From: Bacteroidales bacterium
Lineage (GTDB): Bacteria > Bacteroidota > Bacteroidia > Bacteroidales > VadinHA17
Assembly (NCBI GenBank): GCA_034679225.1
Contig: JAXDBC010000134.1
Span: 974-64,973, forward strand
DNA length: 64,000 nucleotides
Direction of reading: 5' to 3'
Positions 20,596 to 27,915 of the stretch are shown piece after piece (the stretch's first letter is position 1; each line of letters opens with the position of its first letter). The position numbers and the translations under genes are program-made. The notes under the pieces were generated by a model. That model was not told the origin of the DNA. It searched no databases and was given only the letters and a program-made list of their open reading frames with translations.

Positions 20596-21192
20596 ATGAA
20601 AAAGAGAGTACTAATGGGATTAGCAGTCATTTCAATGATTGCCGTCCTTACAAGTTGCGCTAAGAAACCCCAGGCTGAAATTGATGCTGCCAATGCAGCA
20701 ATTGAAGCAGCCAGGACTGCTGAAGCTGCCGCTTATTTGCCTGTTGAGTTTGCAGCTCTTCAGGATTCACTGAATGCTGTCATGACTGCCATTACTGCCA
20801 AGGATTCGAAGTTATTCAAGAATTTCAATGCTGAAACTGCCAGGCTTGCAGAACTAACGACTCTTGCAAACACTGTTGCTGCAAATGTTGCTGCCAGGAA
20901 GGAAGAGGTTAAAGCAGAAGTTTCCGGCTTGCTGACATCTATCAAGACAGTCATTGCCGAGAATGCCGTTCTTATCCCGAAACTTCCAAGAGGCAAGGAA
21001 GGTGCTGCAGTTATCGAACAGATCAAGGCTGATGTCGCCACTGTTGATGCAGCTGTTGTTGAAGCTCAGAGCCTCTTCGACAAAGGTTCTTTCATGGATG
21101 CTTTGAACAAGATCACGGCAGCCAAAGAAAAAGCTGATGGTCTTAATGCTGAAGTAAAGGAAGTTCTGACAAAAGCAAGGATAAGATTCTAA
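20596..21192 (+). CDS. Ala-rich all-helical lipoprotein (DUF4398-like)
   Basis: Signal MKKRVLMGLAVISMIAVLTS-C, then PQAEIDAANAAIEAARTAEAAAY and amphipathic heptads to the C-terminus. Confidence 0.85.
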   Translation: MKKRVLMGLAVISMIAVLTSCAKKPQAEIDAANAAIEAARTAEAAAYLPVEFAALQDSLNAVMTAITAKDSKLFKNFNAETARLAELTTLANTVAANVAARKEEVKAEVSGLLTSIKTVIAENAVLIPKLPRGKEGAAVIEQIKADVATVDAAVVEAQSLFDKGSFMDALNKITAAKEKADGLNAEVKEVLTKARIRF

Positions 21193-21210
21193 TTCCAGGC
21201 TTAAAAAATC

Positions 21211-21245
21211 AGGAGATCCCCGGGCCCATACCCGGGGATTTCTTT
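21211..21245 (+). terminator. Intrinsic terminator-like hairpin inside the operon, after the lipoprotein gene
   Basis: AGGAGATCCCCGGG-CCCATA-CCCGGGGATTTCTT forms a 14-bp stem including G-U pairs, with a short U tract. Confidence 0.7.
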
Positions 21246-21259
21246 GGGTAAACCCCTGA

Positions 21260-22375
21260 ATGAGGCTTAAAAAGAAGTACATAAGGATCATTATGTGCGC
21301 TGCAATCGTAACTTTGGTCACGGTTGCAGGCTTTATTCTTGCAAGTCTTATTCCCGAACCCCCGGTAGAACAGGTCAACGGCGCCAGGATAGCCCTTTCT
21401 GAAGCGGTATCGAACGATGCTCATACTTATTCGAAGAATTTGTACGATGAAGCAAGGTCTTTGTACGATTCTGCAATGACCAGCTGGCAGAAGGAGAACA
21501 TGAGGTTCATCTGGTTCAGGGATTACAGCAGGGTGGCTGAATTTGCCGGGATGTCGGAACAGAAGGCAAGGCAGGCTAAAAGGATATCCCGGAATAATAT
21601 GACTGACCTCAATATATTACTGGGACAGAAGCTGGAGAAGCTTAATCATATTGCAGGACAAATTGATCTCAGGTTTGACGGATATCCTTTATCCTCCGAA
21701 GTCTGGAGCCGTATCTCGAAAGGCAGGATGCTTCTCAGGGAGTCGGAGCTTGCCTACAGGAGAGGCGATTTTGCCCTGGCAAAGGAAAAGGTGGACGGTT
21801 CTGAACTTCTTCTCGTGGATTCATATGAAGAGGCCATCGATCACCTCGAGGGCTATTTCGCTTCCTTCCCGAAATGGAAGCAATGGGTCGACCGCACAAT
21901 CAGGGAATCGAGACAGCACCAGAGTTATGCCGTCATTATCGACAAGTATTCCAGGAAATGTATTGTATATCTTGGAGGTATTAAAAAATATGAATATAAT
22001 GTAGAGCTTGGCAAGAATTGGGTTGGCGATAAAAGGGAGAGGGGCGACAAGGCAACACCTGAGGGTATGTACAGGGTGGTCAGGAAGTTCGGAATCGGCA
22101 GGACAAAATACCACAAGGCTCTTCTGATCGACTACCCTAACGAGACCGATAAGGCGGAATTCAGGAATGCCGTTGCTGACGGAACTCTTCCCAGGACAGC
22201 CAGGATAGGCAGTCTTATCGAAATTCATGGGGACGGGGGTAAAGGATACGACTGGACAGAAGGATGCATAGCTCTTACAAATGAAGAAATGGATGTTGTT
22301 TACAGGATAGCCCGGGAAGGTATGCCTGTTACAATAGTGGGATCGACCGTCAGCCTTGATAAACTGGATGAATGA
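21260..22375 (+). CDS. YkuD-domain (L,D-transpeptidase superfamily, YafK/DpaA-like) protein with N-terminal TM and helical stalk
   Basis: Motifs GDK..RGDKATPEGMY, YHKALLIDYPN and IEIHG...WTEGCIAL, with catalytic His and Cys present. Confidence 0.85.
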   Translation: MRLKKKYIRIIMCAAIVTLVTVAGFILASLIPEPPVEQVNGARIALSEAVSNDAHTYSKNLYDEARSLYDSAMTSWQKENMRFIWFRDYSRVAEFAGMSEQKARQAKRISRNNMTDLNILLGQKLEKLNHIAGQIDLRFDGYPLSSEVWSRISKGRMLLRESELAYRRGDFALAKEKVDGSELLLVDSYEEAIDHLEGYFASFPKWKQWVDRTIRESRQHQSYAVIIDKYSRKCIVYLGGIKKYEYNVELGKNWVGDKRERGDKATPEGMYRVVRKFGIGRTKYHKALLIDYPNETDKAEFRNAVADGTLPRTARIGSLIEIHGDGGKGYDWTEGCIALTNEEMDVVYRIAREGMPVTIVGSTVSLDKLDE

Positions 22376-23168
22376 CAACATTATGGATGACAACAGTAGC
22401 TTTATGGAAGAAGTACTTCCGGGAGACAACAGGGGAGGGGCTGCCCCGGAGGGTTTAAGATTGCTTTTTGACAAGTTGTTTGCCAGTCCCAAAGTAAGGA
22501 AAGTGATAATCAGGGCTTCCGTTATCACGGGAGGCTTGCTTGCATTCCTTTTGCTTGCTGCATTTGTTCTTTATGTTGTACCGGGGATGCAGGAGGCTGT
22601 TTCTGCACACCGGCCAAAACTGCTCAGCGATCCGGAACTTAAGGAAGACCAGAATTACAAAAAGCAGATATCCGCTCTTTCCGGGGATGTGCAAAGGCTT
22701 TCCAAAAAATACGCCTCCTATACTTCCGGACAGTCATACATTGTTATTAATACAACCGACAACAAGTTTCTTCTATACAGGAACAAGAAGCTTATACGGA
22801 CAGGATTATGCAGTTCGGGAAGTTATACCATGCTCAAGACAGAGGGTGAAAGGAAATGGATATTCAAAACTCCCAAGGGGAAATACAGGATCCAGGGGAA
22901 AATAACATCCCCGGTTTGGAGGAAGCCAGACTGGGCATTCGTGGAGGAAGGCCTTCCGATTCCGTCTGCCACTCATCCCTCGAGGTATGAATACGGCGTT
23001 CTGGGCGACTATGCGCTCAGCATTGGCGACGGCTACCTTATCCATGGAACCCTTTACAAGCGCTTCCTTGGGATGCCTGTTACCCACGGCTGCATAAGGC
23101 TTAACGACGAGGATCTGGAAGCCATCTACAACACACTGACAATAGGTTCTAAGGTTTACATCTTCTGA
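22368..23168 (+). CDS. Membrane-anchored L,D-transpeptidase
   Basis: TM segment and motifs TPKG, PVWRKPDW, YLIHGT and THGCIRL. The ATG at 22368 overlaps the upstream stop. Confidence 0.88.
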   Translation: MNDNIMDDNSSFMEEVLPGDNRGGAAPEGLRLLFDKLFASPKVRKVIIRASVITGGLLAFLLLAAFVLYVVPGMQEAVSAHRPKLLSDPELKEDQNYKKQISALSGDVQRLSKKYASYTSGQSYIVINTTDNKFLLYRNKKLIRTGLCSSGSYTMLKTEGERKWIFKTPKGKYRIQGKITSPVWRKPDWAFVEEGLPIPSATHPSRYEYGVLGDYALSIGDGYLIHGTLYKRFLGMPVTHGCIRLNDEDLEAIYNTLTIGSKVYIF

Positions 23169-23187
23169 TTTCAGACAAGACAGGAAT

Positions 23188-23991
23188 ATGGAAAACAATA
23201 TTGAAGAGGCCCAGGGGAAAAACAGGCAGACCGGTCTGATAATTACGACAGTTATAATCACAGTAATCCTGATTTTCTTTACAATCATGTCGCTGATGGC
23301 TCCCGGGAAAAAGCTGAAAGAAATAAGGCTTAAATTCAGTCCTGTGGAAACTTCGGAAAATCAGCCTGATGATAGGCTGTATTCTGACTCGGCATATATG
23401 GCCTTACTGAAGGAAAGGTCATACCTTCAGGCCAGGACAAGCATGGCAGCTACCGATTCGGTTTACATGACGCTGAATCTTTCCGACAGCACCGCGAACC
23501 TTGAGATAAGCGGTGTGACAGTTCATTCCGTAAAGATCAGCAGTTTCAGGCTTAGCGGGATATTGAAGAGAACTGATGATTATGCAATCTCATCAATGCT
23601 GGCTCAGCCGATGAATATTACCGGCGACCTGGCCACCATAAAAAAGGAACCTCTGATGGTAAAAATGGCTCCGAAGGACACGAGTGAGTTCAAGCCTGAC
23701 ATTATTCCGGATACATCGAATTATGAACCCGTTAATTATATCCTGGAGATGGATAACGGGATCAGGATATATGTTTATCAGACCACTGACACTTTGAAGA
23801 GCAACAACCGGCAACTCTTTTATTTTGATCTCAGGGACAGGCTGAATACGGCATGGCAATATGCAGGAAGAGCAGCCGTGTTCAAGGTGCCGGATTATCA
23901 TCCCTTTATAAAGATCAGGCTTCCAAAGGCTGATGCGAAAATTATATACAGGGCTCTGCCCCGCAAAGGACAGGTTGCAGTTTACATGTAA
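23188..23991 (+). CDS. Membrane-anchored protein, probable catalytically inactive YkuD-fold paralog
   Basis: N-terminal TM. Segments align by eye with the upstream LDT (IRLPKADAKIIYRAL vs IRLNDEDLEAIYNTL), but the catalytic His/Cys are absent. Confidence 0.65.
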   Translation: MENNIEEAQGKNRQTGLIITTVIITVILIFFTIMSLMAPGKKLKEIRLKFSPVETSENQPDDRLYSDSAYMALLKERSYLQARTSMAATDSVYMTLNLSDSTANLEISGVTVHSVKISSFRLSGILKRTDDYAISSMLAQPMNITGDLATIKKEPLMVKMAPKDTSEFKPDIIPDTSNYEPVNYILEMDNGIRIYVYQTTDTLKSNNRQLFYFDLRDRLNTAWQYAGRAAVFKVPDYHPFIKIRLPKADAKIIYRALPRKGQVAVYM

Positions 23992-24034
23992 TATCTTTTT
24001 CCTTCCGGAGTTATCATGAATCAAAAAAAAACTG

Positions 24035-24042
24035 TAGGTTTG
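24035..24042 (+). promoter_or_regulatory. -7 element (TAGGTTTG) for the nucleoside transporter gene
   Basis: TAnnTTTG 30 nt upstream of ATG 24072. Confidence 0.5.
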
Positions 24043-24071
24043 AGTCAGACTCTAAACTAATTCATTCCTGC

Positions 24072-25349
24072 ATGTCACGATTTACCGGTATCATTGGCAT
24101 TATCATACTTCTCGGACTGGCATTTCTATGGTCGAACAACCGGAAAGCCATTAATATCCGTCTTGTCATTTCAGGCCTTCTGCTTCAGCTGGCACTTGCA
24201 ATTTTCATACTTAAAGTGCCCCTGGGCCAGGATATTTTTGCCTGGCTGGGCAAGGTAATAAACAAGCTACTTGACTTTTCCCAGGAAGGAGCTCTTTTCG
24301 TGTTTGGCGATCTTATGAAGGTAACGGAGATACTTCCTCCGACTATCGCGAGTGCAGGAGTATTTCTTTTCACCCTGATACCCACGATAATATTCGTTTG
24401 TGTTCTTGTGGCGATGGCATATCACGTCGGTATCATGCAAAGGGTAGTTGCCGTGCTTGCCCGTTTCATGCACTGGGTGATGAGGGTGAGCGGGAGTGAG
24501 GCTTTGTCGAATGTAGCCAGTGCATTTGTTGGCCAGGTGGAAGCGCAGATCATGATCAGGCCGTATCTGGTGGGCATGACCATGTCGGAGCTTCTGGCAT
24601 CGATGACCGGCAGCATGGCCTGTATAGCCGGTGGTGTTATGGCGGTTTATATTTCTATGGGCGTTCCTGCCTCATATCTGCTTGCAGCCAGTCTCATGGC
24701 AGCACCGGGTGCACTGGTGATCTCGAAGATTGTTTTTCCCGAGACACAGGAATCTGAAACAAAAGGAGTTGTAAAGCTCGAGGTCAAAAAGGAGCAAACC
24801 AATATTATGGATGCTATCTCTCACGGTGCAAGCGATGGAATGGCAATATCCATCAACGTGATAGCCATGCTTATCGGAGTAATTGCCCTTGTTGCGCTGG
24901 TGGATGCCCTTCTGGGTTACTTCGGACTTTTCCTGGGATGGACCGGTCTGTCGCTTGATTTCGTCGGTCTTGATGTGAACAACCTGAGGCTTAAAGACGT
25001 ATTTGGCGCTTTCTTTTCACTTTTTGCAATCGTGATGGGTGTTCCGGTTGCTGAATCCTTCGATGTGGGTTCGCTGATGGGGACAAAAATGGTTATCAAT
25101 GAGTTTGTTGCATATTCCGACCTGGCCCCGATGATCCACGCGGGAGCGCTAAGTCCGAAATCCATTGTAATAGCAAGCTTTGCCCTGTGCGGATTTGCCA
25201 ATTTCAGTTCCATTGCAATTCAGCTCGGCGGGATAGGAGCAATGATCCCATCCCGGAAAGCTGATCTGGCCAGGCTGGGCTTCAAGGCAATGATCTGCGG
25301 AACCATGGCATCATATATATCCGCAAGTCTGGCCGGGATATTGATGTGA
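24072..25349 (+). CDS. CNT/NupC family nucleoside:cation symporter
   Basis: Motifs SGSEAL..FVGQVEA, GTKMVINEFVAY and LCGFANFSSIAIQLGG, with many TM helices. Confidence 0.92.
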   Translation: MSRFTGIIGIIILLGLAFLWSNNRKAINIRLVISGLLLQLALAIFILKVPLGQDIFAWLGKVINKLLDFSQEGALFVFGDLMKVTEILPPTIASAGVFLFTLIPTIIFVCVLVAMAYHVGIMQRVVAVLARFMHWVMRVSGSEALSNVASAFVGQVEAQIMIRPYLVGMTMSELLASMTGSMACIAGGVMAVYISMGVPASYLLAASLMAAPGALVISKIVFPETQESETKGVVKLEVKKEQTNIMDAISHGASDGMAISINVIAMLIGVIALVALVDALLGYFGLFLGWTGLSLDFVGLDVNNLRLKDVFGAFFSLFAIVMGVPVAESFDVGSLMGTKMVINEFVAYSDLAPMIHAGALSPKSIVIASFALCGFANFSSIAIQLGGIGAMIPSRKADLARLGFKAMICGTMASYISASLAGILM

Positions 25350-25484
25350 ATAGCATTCTTTCGGTTTAGCATGGTAAATAGCGCCCGGTAAGTGGATATT
25401 TCGCGCAAATATTTCAGTAAAGATCCGTAAACCGACATTTAAAGACCTTTACCGGATACCCGGGAGTAATCCGGTATTGTATTG

Positions 25485-25573
25485 CGGAGAGAGGGGGATT
25501 CGAACCCCCGGTCCCGCGATTGCAGAACAACGGTTTTCGAGACCGCCGCATTCGACCACTCTGCCATCTCTCC
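25485..25573 (-). tRNA. tRNA-Ser(CGA)
   Basis: Minus strand reads GGAGAGATGGCAGAGTGGTCGAATGCG-GCGGT-CTCGAAA-ACCGT, then a long variable arm and GGTTCGAATCCCCCTCTCTCCG. Confidence 0.96.
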
Positions 25574-25647
25574 TGAATTCAGCCTGTGAACAGCATCATA
25601 ATTGCCGCAGCCTGCCTGGCTCCATATAGTCGATGGAAACGGGATGA

Positions 25648-25655
25648 CAAAAATA
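25648..25655 (-). promoter_or_regulatory. -7 element (TATTTTTG on minus strand) for tRNA-Ser(CGA)
   Basis: CAAAAATA on the plus strand. Confidence 0.45.
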
Positions 25656-25742
25656 ATCCAAATTCTTTTGATAACAGTTTTTAATAGACTTATTTTGCAT
25701 CTTTATCTAAAACCGGATATAACAATCTAAATACCAGTAACT

Positions 25743-27848
25743 GTGAAAATAATATCTAAATTCCTTTTGATCATGGGAGTACCTTGTCTGATAATGGCTT
25801 CATGCAATAGCCGGACCGATGAAAAATCCAATCCTTTTTTCTCGGAATACAACACTCCCTTTGATGTACCGCCTTTTGAAAAGATTCATGCAAAGCATTA
25901 CATGCCAGCATTTGAAAAAGGTATGGAAGAGGGCAGGAAGGACATTCAGAACCTTCTGAGCAACAGCGAAGAGCCGAATTTTGAAAACACTATCGGCGCA
26001 TTCGACAGGGCAGGCAAACTGCTGACTAAAGTATCTTCGGTATTTTTTGCCCAGGCATCGGCAAACACCAGCGATTCACTCCAGGCGATAGAAATGGAGA
26101 TATCTCCCAGGCTTTCGGCTTATCAGGATGAGATTATTCTTAACCCGGAGCTTTTCAGCAGGGTAAAGCATGTTTATGATAATCAGGCTTCAGAATCGCT
26201 TAACGATGAGCAGAAGTTTATCCTTGAGAATCTCTACAAGGAGTTCGTGAGGAATGGAGCTAATCTGAGCGCGGTGGATCAGGATACACTCAGGAACATC
26301 AACCAGAAGCTGTCGGTTCTCGCGGTAAAGTTTAACCAGAATGTTCTGGCCGAGACAAATAACTACAAGCTATTTGTTGACAGGGAAGGTCTCGCGGGAT
26401 TGCCTCAGTCAATAATCGATGCGGCTGCTGAAACTGCCAGGGCTGCCGGCAAGGATGGACAATGGGCTTTTACGACTCAGAGACCGAGCATCTTCCCCTT
26501 CCTTCAGTATTCGGAAAACAGGGACCTGCGCCGGGAGTTGTTCAGCGCTTACACTAACCGCGGCAATAACGGCAATGAATTTGACAACAACAAGATACTG
26601 GCCGATATTGTCAGGCTGAGGGCACAGCGTGCCAGGCTGCTTGGCTACAAGACGCACTCGCATCTTGTTCTTGAGCCCAGGATGGCCAAAAATCCCGAAA
26701 ATGTTCTTGAACTGCTGAACAACCTGTGGTCAAAGGCAGTACCTGTTGCCCGGAATGAAGTTAAGGAAATGCAGAAGTTAATTGACAGCGAGGGAGGGAA
26801 TTTCAGGCTTGAACCTTCCGACTGGTGGTACTATTCAGAGAAAGTTCGCAAGGCCAGGTACGATCTTGATGACAATGCTCTCAGACCTTATTTCCTGCTT
26901 GACAATGTAAGGGAAGGCGTCTTCACCTGTGCCAACAGGCTTTACGGGATATCTTTCTCACCTTTGACAAACATTCCTCTTCCTCATCCTGATGCAGAAG
27001 CATATGAAGTGAAGGAGGCAGACGGATCGCATATCGGAGTTCTCTACATGGATTTCCACCCGCGCGACAGCAAGCAGCAGGGAGCATGGTGCGGAGGATA
27101 CAGGAGTCATCATATAGCTGACGGGAAAGCCGTTACTCCGGTCGTTACAGTGGTATGCAACTTTACGCGTCCTACTGCTGAGCTTCCTTCCCTGCTCAGC
27201 CTCGAAGAGGTAGAAACCCTGTTTCATGAATTCGGACACGCTCTCGAAGGCTTGTTCTGCAAAAATACCTACAACACTTCCTATATAGCATGGGACTTCG
27301 TGGAACTTCCGTCTCAGATCATGGAGCACTGGGTTACAGAACCCGAACTGCTTAATATTTATGCCCGCCATTATGAAACAGGTGAGCCTATCCCGGCAGA
27401 ACTGGTGGAGAAGCTCGAAAAGAGCAAGTATTTCAACCAGGGCTTTATCAACACTGAGCTTCTTGCAGCTTCGCTTCTCGACATGGCATACTATACACTT
27501 GAAGCTCCGGCAGTGATCGATGTGCAGCGCTTTGAAAAAGAATACCTTGATAAGATCGGACTTATACCTGAAATTGTTTCCAGGTACAGGAGCACTTATT
27601 TCCTTCATATAATCGACGGGTACGATTCGGGCTACTACAGCTATACATGGGCTGCGGTTCTGGATAATGATGCCTTCGAGGCTTTTAAGGAAAATGGAGT
27701 CTATGACAGGGCTACCGCCGAATCGTTCAGGAGGAATATCCTTGAGAAAGACGGTACCATGGCTGCCATGCAGATGTATGTTAATTTCCGTGGTCGTGAG
27801 CCGCAGATTGAACCACTTCTGAGAAACAGGGGACTTATTTCCCAATAA
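25743..27848 (+). CDS. M3 family peptidyl-dipeptidase Dcp-like lipoprotein
   Basis: Lipobox MASC and motifs HEFGHAL, DFVELPSQIMEHW and GYYSYTWA. Confidence 0.92.
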   Translation: MKIISKFLLIMGVPCLIMASCNSRTDEKSNPFFSEYNTPFDVPPFEKIHAKHYMPAFEKGMEEGRKDIQNLLSNSEEPNFENTIGAFDRAGKLLTKVSSVFFAQASANTSDSLQAIEMEISPRLSAYQDEIILNPELFSRVKHVYDNQASESLNDEQKFILENLYKEFVRNGANLSAVDQDTLRNINQKLSVLAVKFNQNVLAETNNYKLFVDREGLAGLPQSIIDAAAETARAAGKDGQWAFTTQRPSIFPFLQYSENRDLRRELFSAYTNRGNNGNEFDNNKILADIVRLRAQRARLLGYKTHSHLVLEPRMAKNPENVLELLNNLWSKAVPVARNEVKEMQKLIDSEGGNFRLEPSDWWYYSEKVRKARYDLDDNALRPYFLLDNVREGVFTCANRLYGISFSPLTNIPLPHPDAEAYEVKEADGSHIGVLYMDFHPRDSKQQGAWCGGYRSHHIADGKAVTPVVTVVCNFTRPTAELPSLLSLEEVETLFHEFGHALEGLFCKNTYNTSYIAWDFVELPSQIMEHWVTEPELLNIYARHYETGEPIPAELVEKLEKSKYFNQGFINTELLAASLLDMAYYTLEAPAVIDVQRFEKEYLDKIGLIPEIVSRYRSTYFLHIIDGYDSGYYSYTWAAVLDNDAFEAFKENGVYDRATAESFRRNILEKDGTMAAMQMYVNFRGREPQIEPLLRNRGLISQ

Positions 27849-27860
27849 TGATCTTTTTCG

Positions 27861-27890
27861 GGAGGCCGGGAAATTCCGGCCTTCTTTTTT
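27861..27890 (+). terminator. Intrinsic terminator
   Basis: GGAGGCCGGG-AAAT-TCCGGCCTTC followed by T6. Confidence 0.8.
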
Positions 27891-27915
27891 GTCAGGCTAT
27901 GTTAAGGAGGATATT

